A DNA stretch of 55,480 nt from Catajapyx aquilonaris (Eukaryota), in the NCBI GenBank assembly GCA_000934665.2, contig JYFJ02000684.1, forward strand, positions 62,001-117,480. The letters are read 5' to 3'. Made by a program: the position numbers and the translations under genes. The notes under the pieces were generated by a model. It ran no database searches. It was not told the DNA's origin and saw only the letters and a list, made by a program, of their open reading frames with translations. This document shows positions 11,870-25,813 of the stretch, one piece after another. Position 1 is the first letter of the stretch. Each line of letters begins with the position of its first letter.

Positions 11870-12569
11870 TATGAACCAACAGGATCATTACGCCAGTTTA
11901 TATTTATATTTAACTCATTATTATAACCCCAACCATATACTCAAGGTTCAGACTCTCATAATAATTATGTCGTGTAACCCTGGAAATTCCAACTGCATAT
12001 TGGGTCATTACACGGCCAAAGATGTACGCGGGACCAGGTCTATAGGTCCGGTGCACTATTGGTCACACAACATGTTTCATAATAATTATTCAGACAAATT
12101 GTATGAGGATGTCACTGTTCACACTTTTGTTGTTTGTTGTGAACTTCTTTTTAGTCTAAATTCAACTTAGTAATGCTCACTTTCCAATGTAGATGTGTAC
12201 TGCACCAAGACGAAATTCAGTTTTTTTTGATACCGTATTATTTTCTCTCCCTGGTGTCCTTCTCTTCGGTTACTTTAATTCTAAACGTGATTTTAATACT
12301 AGAACTTGAAAATGTTGTGTTGCAACAACTCACTGATGACTGATGACTATCATTTCTCATAAAACTTGAAAAGAAATAAGTCCGGCGTGATAATTCTATT
12401 TTTACTCGTTGTTCACCTTCAGTAGTTATTAGGCAACGAGATCTCGATTACCTTTTTCACAATATTTAGCTTGGTCCACTAGGATTTTTGGAGCAAGTGA
12501 TGCTTGATAGTGAGTGCTAAAAATGAAAGCTGCGTAATTTCTAAGAAGTGTTATTGAAAATATGAGATA

Positions 12570-12653
12570 CAGTTCAATCCGGGTATAGCAGACTTCAAGG
12601 GACAGCTGGAAAAAGTCTGTTACAACCAATGTCTGTTATATCAGGATGAACTG
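12570..12653. mobile_element. Short pogo/Tigger-type (Tc1/mariner superfamily) MITE
   Basis: TA-flanked; CAGTTCAATCCGGGTATAGCAGAC ... GTCTGTTATATCAGGATGAACTG imperfect terminal inverted repeats with CAGT/ACTG ends. Confidence 0.6.
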
Positions 12654-15600
12654 TACAAGAATCGGAATGTTATGAATTCGCAATTTTAAAAGATTTAACA
12701 ATCGATTAAACTGATCAAATTCCCTTCTTTTTTTCAACAGTACATAAATTGGACAATTTCTAATCTACTCTTTAGTTACTACTGCCAAGAGAGTTGTTAT
12801 GGGCTCGTCCTTGCCTGCTGATCCCAACTAGGTGGTAATTAAGTACGAGTATACTAAGAAGATCACAAAAAGAAGATTACGACAAAAATACAAAATCCGT
12901 GTTATGTGCGTGGCCCTTATTTTTATACGAACAACAAAATAAAATTTGTAAGTTATGTAACCTATAGTTACTACTCTTTTTGCCTATACAAAATTTTTAT
13001 CATCACTGACAGGTGAGTGCATATGTGTATTCTTTTTTTTTTAATGAAAGCGTAGTGACGTAATACTCATTGACCATGTTCGATGTGTGTTCGATTGTCA
13101 CACACTTTCCTTTATTTGTTGTGGTTTCCCGGGGCAACGCTTGTTGTTTATTATCGCCTGCTCTTCATTCTTGTCGTCAGGGTGACAGGGGGGTGTAAAC
13201 AGCGTCACTGGAAGGCTGTAGTTCGATGGGGAAAGACGTGAAGTGTCGGTGCGGCCAGCAGGGGTATCCCTGGTAAGAGGAAGGGCTTGTTTCATGTATC
13301 CTTGTGGTGTGGTATTATACACCAAGACTAACAGAGAAGGTAATTCCTCTTTTCTCTATACTATCTTGCAATCGTGCGAAGGTCACATGCTGATCGTTCT
13401 GTGTCTATCTTGCATAGAACGTTCATGTGTATTTGGAACCAGTCCATCCCTCTACTTATGGAGGTAGCTTTCTCCATTACATGTTGAAATTAAGCTTCTG
13501 AAAAATACTATAGGTCGAAAAGAATTTCTGCTGTATATTCTGCTTGGTGATCTCCCATCTCGCCTTTATTTTAAAAGAAGGAGAAAAAAAGTCGTCTGGA
13601 AAACTCGCAATCTTCTGTTGTCCTGTTGTGGTATTGGCCACCATGGCGACGACGACGAGAGTGTTTGGAACGCGATTGATGAGACAATAAGAATGTTATA
13701 ATAATCATCCTGTCAGTTGGGAGCACGGCCTGTTGGGAGAGTGTTTGTGATGGTGTCAGTCGAGTCACTCTCTCTCTCTCTCTCAAAGTACATGGCTTGT
13801 AATACGGTGTTTCTGCAAAACGTTGTAGGTACCACGTTGGACGGAATCAGTGTGCATTTGGTTGTATGTTGCCTTGTTCGTGTCACTGTTGCTTCGCTGG
13901 TGACAATCTCAATCAGTGTACACTATACAGTGTAATAGATAATACTGTATTATCTGCAGCTCCATGTAAGTTGCATTTTCAGAGTGTGGGTTTGTTTAAA
14001 TATATAATTATGGTCATTTCGTGTCCACTGTGGCACATCCTTCGTGTAGGATTACACGCATGTCCATCGCATAGTTGTGTTGGATTTCCGCGCATTATTC
14101 CAATATTATTTGATAATAATCTTGTGCTACGCAGCCGCTCTTCTTGAGCTGTCGGCTTCTCATTGAAAAGTACAGACTAAATGCCACAGAATCAGGACAG
14201 CAGAGAATGGAGCACCGATTCAAGTGGTCACAGAGAGTGAGAAAGGAAGCTGCTCTTTCTGTGTCGTCCTATGCCGTTGTTTGGGTACTGTCTCCAGCTG
14301 GAAGAGAAACATAACATAAGATAACACACACATTGCCATAATTCGAGAGATATTTTTTGCAAAAGTCTCGTATCTATTTTTAAAGAAGGAAAGAGATTTC
14401 AAAATATTTGCGCGGTTTATGCCTGTTATTTTAAACCCCGCTGCCAATAATAATTTCTACATACTAACGCAGAGCATTGGAATGAGTTCTATTGATCCTC
14501 TGCACCATCAAAGGTTTCGATAAGAATAATAATAACAATAAGAGGTAATACAGTCTATACTTAATAGCAATCTGTGAAAATCCTGCATGCTGAACTCAAT
14601 ATTATTGTGCAATGGCGAGTCAAAGTGTTGCAAAATGTGCACAAACGTTGGTTATATACGAGTTAAATGGGTGGGTATTACTGGCATGGTTGCCAAACTA
14701 AAAATACGTATAGACCTGCAACATTATCTTTCGTAATGAAGCTGAGAGGGAGAAATTCAACTATTGAGATGTGATTATTTTTGTTAGTAAAAAATTAGCA
14801 AAGAGCAATCATTATTACTGGTTAACAATAGAATCGGGCGATAAGTGGTTGCCACATAATGTGGATGCTGGTTATGATAATTATAGTGTAAGGTGTCAGC
14901 AAGTATGTCCCTCGATAGAGAGCATGGCATCCGTGCATCCGTGAACGATACGATAGCCACACATAAAAGTGAAACAGGTGTGCATCAAGAGTACTTTTGT
15001 TTATAAACCATTCTCTGACATTTGAAAAAATAATCCCGCACGCACATTTTTCTCAATCTGGGCATGTTTATCGGCGAATACAAGGAAGTCTAACCCGTAT
15101 AGATCAATATGGTGGCCTAACCCACAGGTCTGTGTCCATAAGTGGAACATGAACAAACCTTAAGGCTGTCGCTATTACCAATATTAAGGAAATAATACAC
15201 TCATGTGATACAGAGAGGCGCTGTTGCTGATATAAATGCTGCCCTTATAGTGTTGGAAACCGTCGGCGTCATTCCGAGAGTGTGTGTTCAGCAGAAGCCA
15301 TTATATTTTCCGCTCTGCGATGGACAATACCATAGTTTTGTCCGCTTATTCTTGGAGCAATCTTGGCAAATGTCGAGTTTCAAGGAGACAGATGTTCGAA
15401 TCAGGTCTCTTTTGCAGCCACGTATATAGTAATATCCATCCAAATCATCCTTGTCCTAATCGCTGTAAGTTGCTGTAAGGGACGCTAGATGTTGAATTGT
15501 TCAGTATGGCTTTATCAATCTGCCTAAGGTAAAGTGGTCGCTATAATAGGAGATCCTAATGCGTTCTAAGAGATGGAAAAATTACTAAAAATTGCTCAAT

Positions 15601-18600
15601 TAATGTGAAAATGTCGAGGGAAAGGGGAGGTGTGTTGCCGCGTTTGTCTATATAGGGGCATGCCAATGTTTATAGTCGTCTATCTACCTCAATAACTACC
15701 TGCAATAATTTATTTCATATGACACGTTAGCATTATTTTGCTTTAGTGACAAGATGCGGGTGAAATATATGTTGCTACTGATATATGTGTAATAGGGTTT
15801 CTTGATATTTTCGTTTGCCGTCATAACCGTTTCGAGGTGCAGTGTTCTGGCAGTGTTGATTTGAGTCTGGATTGGCAGTGTAGCAGTCACCAATTTCAGT
15901 GACTATTCAGCCTCATACAAGAGCTTACAACAGTTGGAGTCTTGTCAGGATTCAGCCACGTGTCTTGTTGTTGATGATGATGTGCACCGAGTTTTATATT
16001 AGATGAAGCCGTAATTATAATAATTCATTCATCATTCATTCATTCATTTCCTCACGGCATTAATCCCAGAGTATAGGGTAGCCAGAGATGACTATAGTGT
16101 TCACAGTATACACCTAGCCATCTCGCTTGATCAATAGCCTACAATGGAATCTTTTGGTGACTGGTCAGGCCACTCAAAAGATGTCATGGATGGGGTGATT
16201 ATGAAATCGATGATAATATTATGAAAACATACACACATGTATACAATGTAAATACATCTGTATATACGTAAATGATACAGCGAGTAATAAACGGTTGGAG
16301 CGACTGTGTTTGGCACCAGGTTGGAATCTTGCTTGCCAGAGAACCCAAAAACGAACGTCCTTCCAGTCAGACAGATTGGACTCAAATGAAATGTTCGGCA
16401 TCGGCTTGATCTCCATCAAGGAGACGACATCTCACCAGGCCGTATACCAGGCGGTGTTTGTTGACATCGTTCTCCTCAGCGAACAGTTTTCATATCCTGC
16501 GCCTATCGCAATATTTCAAGAGTTTGATCCAGGTATATATAGCACCATTGCAGTATAATGGGGAATTGCGAGTTTAATAATTGACCATGAGCATTATTTT
16601 GTCCGCTGGTGCAATGAGTTGGATTATTCTGGACTCCCTTCCTTGACAGTCACATTGTATACGTATGGTTTTTTTCTTTCTTTCTGAAGGAACAAGTTCG
16701 ACCAAGGAATGAAGAGGCGGTGCATGGGGCCATTGAAGACATCAGCGTCAGTCGATTCTCTTCAGCTTGATATGCCAGGCTTATAGATTCTGCTGGATTA
16801 TCGTGTCTTGTTTGCAGCTGAAGCTTGGGCGTTAGAGCCTCATTACTGTTATCAAAACGAATAGTCGCTCTTCTACACAGTATTGTGATTGCTTGCTTAC
16901 TGTGAATTCGGCTGTTTCGTTATACCTTCTGCACGTACCTATATAGCAGTGAAAAAAACTGCAGTGCTTGCAGATCCGCTACGTGTATATAATATCAGAA
17001 GTGGCGGCAGACAACCAGCATCATCGGCTCCCTCACAACCTTTGCACAATATTCCTCAGACAAGTTATAGCCTATGGCATAATTATAGGATGTCTTTCTA
17101 TGCAGTAAGTATATTTTTTGCTGAGTAGGGTCTACATACTGTATAAACCATCATTAATATTATGTAATGCTTCCGACGTCAGAAGAACGTGACGAGTGAG
17201 ATGGAAGAAGAATGCCCTTATACCCTCACCCAATATTCCTTAGCTCTCGCCGGACAGCCTTCGAAAAACAGGCCTAATTCCACATGTCCACCGAAATATT
17301 TCAATAATGCGACTGCTGTGAGCTACGGCCGGTTATATAAAATAAGCAAGGGAAATTCTCTAATGATATGTAGTGCACCTATATAGGCGATTCCATCCTT
17401 AATTTGTGCTGATACAATCATGAATGTCCCTGCTTGCCTTTTATTTCGTATGTCAACCATACAACTGCCATTGCGGGATGGAGGCTCAGACCTGGAGAGA
17501 AGGATCATGGGAATTTATTGTTTTCACAACATTCGATTCAGTTTAGTTGCGGTATAAGAAGCAGTGTGATCATATTTTGTATAGTGTTATCTTGAGTCAC
17601 AGACAATGACTGTCTGCCACCCTCTACATTGTGCGGAGGATCTCTCGACTGGACGGAGAGTGCCCAGCCGTGTCTCTCGTATACAAGTGTTGCCTGTTTG
17701 CAGAAAGCTCTGAATCGGGAAACTATAGACTGATTACTCCATTTCCTCAAGTTAGTGTTGTCTATGGCTTGAAGCCATGTAGATCGCCCTCTGTCTGGGA
17801 GTCGAAGTACTGAGGGCGAGGATTTCCACAAATCGCAACAAAGTCGTAGCGCAGCAGGAAATATTTATTGAGATGCATAATCTGTCTGCATTATTGCGCA
17901 AAGTCTGTCAATAAATCAGACTTTTCCTTCACAGTATAATAATTATAGTCCTTTAAATGTCCAGGGAGTGCACGTGGTGTCAGTATTTCTCTCATTTTTA
18001 CTGTACTTTAGGTATAGAGTGTGGCTAATACAGTATATTATATACTGTATTCTCTAACAGTTATAGTGCATGTCAGCTCTCTAGGCAAATCTGTAATAAT
18101 ATTGCTTGTTTGGATGGTCGCTTTATAAAATTAATGTGGAGTGATTGATGTGGATGTGTGAATGTAATTCTCACATGTTTCACGGAAGATTCATTCACAT
18201 GTTGCGATTGATGAGCAGCCTAGTGTGTCCATTCCTTTCGATCCCTCTTTATACCGCAGCCTTTTCTCCGCAGTGAGCTGTCAGAAGGCATCTCCGTAGA
18301 TGAGCCCCGTTGGCATAACATTTACGAGCGTATTATGTTCAGTATTACATGCGCCATTCAATAATGACCGCCTTACCCTGGCCGTAAGACTGTGAAAATA
18401 CAGAACGTTTTCTTGCTCCTCGGTAACTACAGTACTAGCAATGAGGCCATGTAGGATAGCATAGCTGGATAGCATGCACAGTGAACATAATGTGAGAGTA
18501 AGAAATTGCTACAAGTTTCAGTAAATAGTCCTGAGCGTGATCAGTTGCATCAACGGCTTCTGGGAGTGTCTTTGAGTTTGCATGTCCCTATACTCCTCTT

Positions 18601-18996
18601 ATGTGGCGGCAGCATTGGCGAAGTTCGTAACGCATCAAGCCAGTACCACAACTACTGATGTTGGAGAGTGCTGCAAATATGACGTGGCTTCACCCTCTTC
18701 TCATACAATAGAGTCGTGCTCTTCAAGCCAGCTACGAATAGAGCCTGTTTAGTAGGATGAGAGGTAATAATATTGAATCGATTTGTTGCTGACTTACGCT
18801 ACTGAAATAATTGTCGTAAACTGTTTTCTTTGCATGAAGGGAATGAATGGCATTTCAATAATTATTTCGAAACTGAAAGCTCTGGCAAGCTCATTAAACC
18901 AACTACATAGTTGGCAGAAGAAGTAAAGCTGGAATAATTTTTATCATTGCTCATTATTGACATTCTTTGAGTGAAGCCTACATAATTATACGTTGT

Positions 18997-19150
18997 ACTA
19001 TCGGGTTCAAATACTTTTGGACACTTTATCTTGGTCTTGAAGCAACCCTTCGCATAGACCCCACGTTTTAAAAGGAGGTGTGGGTGTGGGTGTGTGAAGG
19101 GTTGCTTCAAGACCAGGATAAAGTGGCCAAAAGTATTTGAACCAGACAGT
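18997..19150. mobile_element. Foldback MITE / hairpin with ~55-bp arms
   Basis: ACTATCGGGTTCAAATACTTTTGGACACTTTATCTTGGTCTTGAAGCAACCCTTC pairs with GAAGGGTTGCTTCAAGACCAGGATAAAGTGGCCAAAAGTATTTGAACCAGACAGT (4 mismatches). Confidence 0.7.
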
Positions 19151-20104
19151 GCGTATAAAAGGTATAATATATTATGAAGTCGTCCATGAAATTATGGTTT
19201 GATGTTATTTGGTACGGTGTAACATGCAGAATGTTCTGCATGCAATTCATGTAACCACTTGGGGACAGGAATTTGCGATCACCTTTCCGTGTCTCGGATG
19301 CCAGGTTTAAATATGAACATTTCTGGGCCTGTCGCCAAAAATTGGAATATTTATTCCTTGTTCAGTTTCGAATCTTTGGGACCCGAGACGGGAAGAAGAA
19401 GTAGCTACATCATTGGCATCTCGCTGGATTGGCTAATCATGGAAATTAAATAGAGTTGCGTTGTCTGGGCGTGTTTAATCCTATACATATCATAACAAGG
19501 ACAAAATAATATCCTTTGTGACTATTCCGGAACCATATTTCAATAGTGAATGCTCAAATAATTATTATTGAATAGTTATTTGCTGAATAGTCTACTATAA
19601 AATGGCATGGACGTTCGCCAGAACTTAGCCGAGCACTACCAAAGTTCCGTTCTGCTATTATTATTATATGGGGAGTCCAGCATGTTCCGCTTTGTGGGTT
19701 TTTTTTTTGCAAGAAACTGCTGCCCATCAGGACTATATAGGGAGTATAGTCTACATTTCAATGTCTGCCAGAGAACAGTCATGTCGTCAGAGAAGCTATT
19801 ACATTACTTGGAATGATGCTGCTTTGTGACATTAAATCTGAGCGACCTTCAGTCGAATTATTTGCTACGCGAGATGTCATTTGGGGTCTCTGGTGCATGA
19901 ACTGCTGGTATTTCTTTGGTCAGGCCACACCCTGGAGCGCTTGCATTGATTGCGCGTTTGTGCTTGTTTTTGGAAGTGAGAGACATTATTACTCTAAGGC
20001 CTATATAATAATATTAACTGGTTCGGTGTCCAAGACTAACCGGGATGTATATTTTTATAACTAATAATACTGAGCTGCAATAGTGTCGCCCACTCTTTAT
20101 TATA

Positions 20105-20528
20105 CAGGGTGTATCTGAACTCAGTGCCCCGACGTATATGACTGCCTTCCTAGCCCCCAGAGGATCGATTTAAGTATAGGAGTCATATGTCTGGGCCGCC
20201 GCATTACGGAGATAATTGGCCGCAAACATGTAGTACAAAATATCCTGTCGGTTAGGCCACCCATCGAACCCTCCCCCAGTCAGAAGGCTCTGGAAGGTCT
20301 GGGGGCCGGACTTTGTTGGTTTGTTGCCCACAGGTGGTAAGGCCTCTTTGGCTAGTTACACCAGAAAATTCTATTTAAAAGTCAGAAGGAGCGATTAGGC
20401 AAAAATCGCTAAAGAGTGTATCTCCGTAATGAGGCTGCCCAGACATATGACCCCTATACTTAAATCGATCCTCTGGTGGCTAGGAAGGCAGTCATATACG
20501 TCGGGGCACTGAGTTCAGATACACCCTG
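20105..20528. mobile_element. Tc1/mariner-derived MITE with ~110-bp TIRs
   Basis: TA|CAGGGTGTATCTGAACTCAGTGCCCCGACGTATATGACTGCCTTCCTAGCC... and ...GGCTAGGAAGGCAGTCATATACGTCGGGGCACTGAGTTCAGATACACCCTG|TA; TA target duplication. Confidence 0.9.
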
Positions 20529-21481
20529 TATGGTTAAGAAAGTCAATTTCATCATTCCAGCAACCAAGCTCCAAAAGTATATCTGTCATATACGTATATT
20601 GCGCGAAGCCATACTGCTGGCCTGCTCTGTTTTTAATGTTGAATCTGGATACATTTGGACAATAAGGTAATCAGCAGGCCTTATAGATCATTTTGGGAAA
20701 TATATTGTAGGTACTAAAAATGCTTCACAAGTATACGGCTGATTTTAATATTAACAAACACTACTTGCGAATTTTCATTTTAGTAATAATATATAATTTG
20801 CAATACCACTACACTGTACATTACTATGTTACGCGCGCCGCCACGTGATAATAATATTGTTACCAGTAGCTTTTGGGTGTCATTGGAAAATGGTACGATG
20901 ATAGTCAATGTTGATGCACTATTGTAGAGCTTATAAATGTCGTTTTTTGCTGGACAGTTAAGTGTGATATTAAGTATGACTAGTACACTACATCGGAAAC
21001 TTTGCGTAAGTACACAAAGTACACATTTGTTTGTAGTTGCAAAGTACACTACATCGGAAGTGTACTAGTATGTCAAGTGCAACATTAACAGTAACTGACG
21101 AGGCAACTGACCTGTATAAGTGATGTGACATCACGCAAAATCGCAGCACATTTCCTTTATGCTAATGTGACTGTAATTTGCATCATGCTATAAAGAAGAG
21201 ATAATAATAATTGTTGACTTGTCGACCAACATAACTGTACTCGGTATAATTTTTGGTGTAACACTGGTATGTGGTAGATTAAAATTATCTTCCTCCCCTT
21301 GATGCCTCAGGATAGACTATAGCGGTGGGCTGTGTCCTGGCTTTGTCGATCGGTGGCAAAGCTGGTGTATTATAGCCTACATATTGGTGGTGCCCCTCAG
21401 TCTTCCTTCTAACTTTCTAAGTCTTCTTCTTGTGCCATAAGGGAGGAGTAGAAATAATTGGCACAATTGCTGGTGTATGAA

Positions 21482-21606
<125 letters not shown>

Positions 21607-22197
21607 TGGTTGGGTAATGCTTTCACCCATCAGGGTTTATCCCATGGACCTTTATTATTAGCTGCAGGTGTATCCGTAGTTGGCCTACACGGTACCTATT
21701 TAGCGTATCGCCCGGGCCCACGGACAGGATGACAGGAGAGGATGTGCAAGGTGCAGTGCATCTGACGCTGTGGTCATTTTGTGAGCTCCCCCGGGTGGGT
21801 TGTCTTAATGGAAATACCACCCGAGACGAAGCCAGAGATTACTCGTGCATGAAATGATAATATTATTAGGTTGATTTTCTGTGAAAGGCCGCGCACTGGA
21901 TAAGCTTAGGGTGTGTGCCAAAAGTCAGAAAGTGCCATTAATCACAGTTGATAATAATAATTTCTCTCGTGTCCAAGCCGCTTCATTAATTGCGTGCTTC
22001 CTGCGTGCATGTTGCTCAGTCTTGGGGAGGTGAGGGGGGGGGGTGCAATAATGGCATCCCTTACATCCTTGATTCCAGCATAAGTACGGAGATAAAGCGA
22101 GGCTATCAGCGAACAGGATTTTAGCACGGCATACGAACGAAGCATAGAAAACATGGCGGGCGATGGTATTTATGATGATGATTGTGCCCACCGGGGT

Positions 22198-22231
22198 AAA
22201 ATAAATAAATAAATAAATAAATAAATAAAAT

Positions 22232-22293
<62 letters not shown>
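22198..22293. repeat. Microsatellites (AAAT)n followed by (GAT)n
   Basis: Directly visible. Confidence 0.95.
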
Positions 22294-23089
22294 TCAACAT
22301 CAAGATTACTGTCTTTCTGCTCTATCGTCCCTTAGCATGTCGATTTTAGCCTATCACCCAGCAGGAGAAATCTTATTCTGCCTGTCGGAATAATAGGGAA
22401 GCAATGTTGTCCGAGGTTTTTGGTCAGGTCCTCTTCCGATCAAGGTCGAGCGAAGCGAGTGTTTATTTATTCTTGCTTGCCCAGCTTTCACATGTCACAG
22501 TCAGTGTAGCATAATACGACCAAGGCAATCTTTCTATCAACTTGTGACCCGGAGAAAGATAAGATGTGGCTATTTCATCTTCGTCATAATCCTATATAGT
22601 TGTGGGTACTGCCTCCTCACATCAGCGTTATCAGATGTATTGGCTCTGCTGACTGTCGGTTGGTTCTTTTTGTGTCGTTTCTTCCTAGGTTTTTCCCATG
22701 TTCTGGTTGCTCTCACTAACACTATATTCCTGTCCGTCGACAGGAGATCCGATCACCTCCGATGGTGAGAGCAGTTGATCGCTCAACACCCTGTAGGTCT
22801 AATAATAGTGGTGGTAATGTCATTTGGGTGTGGACCTCTGCAAATTTTGCTTTGCATGCCGGGGTCTGCTTCTAATGTCGATATGTGTAATGTGTGCAAT
22901 CATCTCTGGGTCCGATACATTCCCCCTATATGTTATAATTCTCTCCTATGATGGACTGTAGCATTCCGCCTCTATTATAAGAAGGCGCTGGATTGGTAGA
23001 CGGGAGGATGTCTCTCTTGGTGTGTGTGTGGGAACATCGCTGTCTGAGCACCACATAGAGAATAATCTCCTATGTACCCAGATATTATT

Positions 23090-23364
23090 CAGTGGCGTAG
23101 GCAGGGGGGGGGGGGCGGGGGNGGGGGCGGGGGGCCGCCCCCGCCCCCCCGAAATGTTAAGAAAAATCAATAAAAAAATCAACACAGTAATATATATCAT
23201 TCTGTCTTATAGATATTTTCGCGGTTTATGAAATCCTCCCCCTCCCCTCTCCGACTCAAATACTGTTATGATACGTCAAAAAGTCTTACAATAGGTTACA
23301 GTATTATGAAACGGACCGATCGGCCATGGCCCCCCCCCGAAAAAAATTCCTGCCTACGCCACTG
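23090..23364. mobile_element. hAT-type MITE
   Basis: TIRs CAGTGGCGTAGGCAGG / CCTGCCTACGCCACTG; perfect 8-bp TSD ATATTATT (23082-23089, 23365-23372); G/C-run subterminal regions. Confidence 0.9.
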
Positions 23365-25190
23365 ATATTATTATAGGTCCATGTGACCATCATGTAGCCT
23401 GGATGCGCATGCATTCCTTTCAATGATGCAGCTTTCATTTAGTAGACGACGACAATATTATACAATACATCTTGCACAACATGTGCATTAACTACTAGGG
23501 AGGTTTCAGTTATTATGCTTGCACGAAATCTTACGTGCTGATTACAAAAATGGTTGGCACCCTGCGTTCACGGAAGACATGAAATAAATTTATTAATATT
23601 ATTATTGTATTTGATTTACGCAAATGCGGCTGATACAGGCATGTAAATGATTCACTTCACTGGGAATACTTAATTGGCCAGCCCAAAGTTTCTTTTCATG
23701 CCATGTTGCAAGCACTGGCGCAAAAATACAGCCGATCATGATGGGTCCTCTCAGTTTCAGTATCGGATCCTCGTGTTTCTTTCCTCTCTGATGTCCACGT
23801 AATTGGTGCTCATCAATTCCATCCATATTATGTTTAATATTGCGCGATATAATGTCACTCGTCGGGTCCATTTTCAAGCTCATGTACCATCAGTGATATA
23901 AACCTGACCTGGTCTAGACCCGGTCCTGCATTTGTATATACTGACTAGCGACGATTATTATTGCATTGACGTCACAGTAGCTGGCAATGACTGTCACCAA
24001 TGAAGGTGGCCTCAGGTAAAAGCCATGTGACGGACGTCAGTGCCATTCTTCGGTTGCAACAGTGACGCTCTGTACCTAAGTGTACACACTCTAGAGGCCT
24101 CAGTGGTATCACTTGGACTCTGCACCAATCGGCGTCCTCCTAATCAGGCTGCAGCTGGTTTGGAGTGACCTCGTATTTTCGATATACCAACGTTACATCT
24201 GCAGGAAGTACATTTTTATGCCAGTTTATCGCGGAGAACTGGGTAACTTGGCAGAGTCTGTCGCTGTCATTCAGCAGCGCGCGTGGATGTACTACAGGCT
24301 GCATCAAAGCTGCTTCATTTCATCTCATCACTTTGTACAAGTGCTATAAGGCCTGTAGCCAAAATAGTTATATGTAACTATATGAGCTACTAATCCTGGT
24401 GAACTCTGCAAACTTGCTGAGCTGTTTCCATGCAAGATGTGGCCGCGTGACTGTGTACTGGTGAGAAGCATCTCTCCTGTGTGCCACCCCCATTGTACAG
24501 TATATTGCCTCGTACAGTGCAATACATTAATTGCACCCCTCTCGAGCTCCCTTCGGTAAGTGCCACCATGATAACGACATGAGTAGACCTGAAAATGTTA
24601 CAATAATAATTTCAACTCACCCAAAACAATTTATTATTCCTATGATGTTGACACATTGATAAATACCAGACAGTCGAGTGCAAAGTGTCATTATTGATGT
24701 CATTTTTGTTTATTTACATGCCTGTATTTTTTAATTGCTAATGGCAGTCTTCAATCACCTCATACAACGTCGTCGACCTATTTTTCCATATAGGTTTTTT
24801 CATCAAAATCATTATCGACCTATGTCAACATGCGTCGATTTAGTCTACTTTTCCGTTTTTATGGCCAGAATAAAGTTGCATACAGTGTGCTTAAATTACG
24901 TAAAATGCCTCAGTGGTTGCTGTACCTTCAGGAAGGCAACTTTTCGTGGTTATTGAAGCTATTAGATTTTAATATTAGGTTGCGTGGAGCATCTTGCTGG
25001 CCTGCCAAAAAGGATTCTGTCATGCACATTAGATTCCAATTATTTCTCCAATGGTCCATTCACAATTGGCAATTTATTGCCATTCAAAACCTCAACGGAT
25101 GGTGCAGAATATTTGGCGGAATTATTCCACCTAATGCTACCTACAAACCAATGTTTCAAATGACCACTAAAACGACCCATCCAAAGTTAA

Positions 25191-25513
25191 CCCTGGAACC
25201 GTGCCGTGCCTATACGAGTATTACGGCAACCGTGCCGTGGGGTCTTTTCGGACCCCACCAAATTTTAATTTTTATTAATTATTATATTATACTTTTCAAT
25301 GTATTGACTATATATAGTCAATACATTGAAAAGTATAATTGTAAAAGTATATACAATCATTATTTGAACAGTGCCTAAAATAATCGCTAATTCAAAATAA
25401 ACATGCACTTCCTGTTTTATACTGTAAAAAAATGGCAAAAGTTCATTGTAATGATCATTTTAATGCATTTTTTTCCTTGTGGTCCAAAAAGACCCCACGG
25501 CACGGTTCCAGGG
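25191..25513. mobile_element. piggyBac-type MITE
   Basis: TTAA|CCCTGGAACCGTGCCGTG ... CACGGCACGGTTCCAGGG|TTAA, plus an asymmetric subterminal repeat AACCGTGCCGTGGGGTCTTTTCGGACC / GGTCCAAAAAGACCCCACGGCACGGTT. Confidence 0.9.
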
Positions 25514-25813
25514 TTAACTGCTCAAAAATGTGCACCTCATCTTTTTTAAAAAATGCTAACAGTAACAGCTACATGTAATTAGATCCGAACCAAATACAGT
25601 AACTTAGTTCTGCCAATTGTAACAACACTGTTTATACTGTGAGAAGTCAATAATTTGTCGGAAAGGCATTCGTGTGGGACTCTTCAGTGTGGAGCCCCCC
25701 TTTCTTACAACCCACTATAATATTACTCGACAATAAAACGAATAATGGCACGACCTCATGTTTCACCTTTTGTCGCCCATCACCTGCAGCACCAGGGAGG
25801 ATCTTAAGTGGAC

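Noticed and set aside
17631..17813. ORF containing GNYRLIT, reminiscent of the LINE RT motif NYRPIS
   Set aside because: Single short motif with no surrounding RT similarity.
20980..21068. CTAGTACACT...AGTGTACTAG small inverted repeat with an internal direct repeat
   Set aside because: Possibly a tiny MITE, but the IR is only about 10 bp with no clear TSD.
25650..25700. Minus-strand CTGAAGAGTCCCACACGAAT hammerhead-like core
   Set aside because: GAAT instead of GAAA and no flanking stems.
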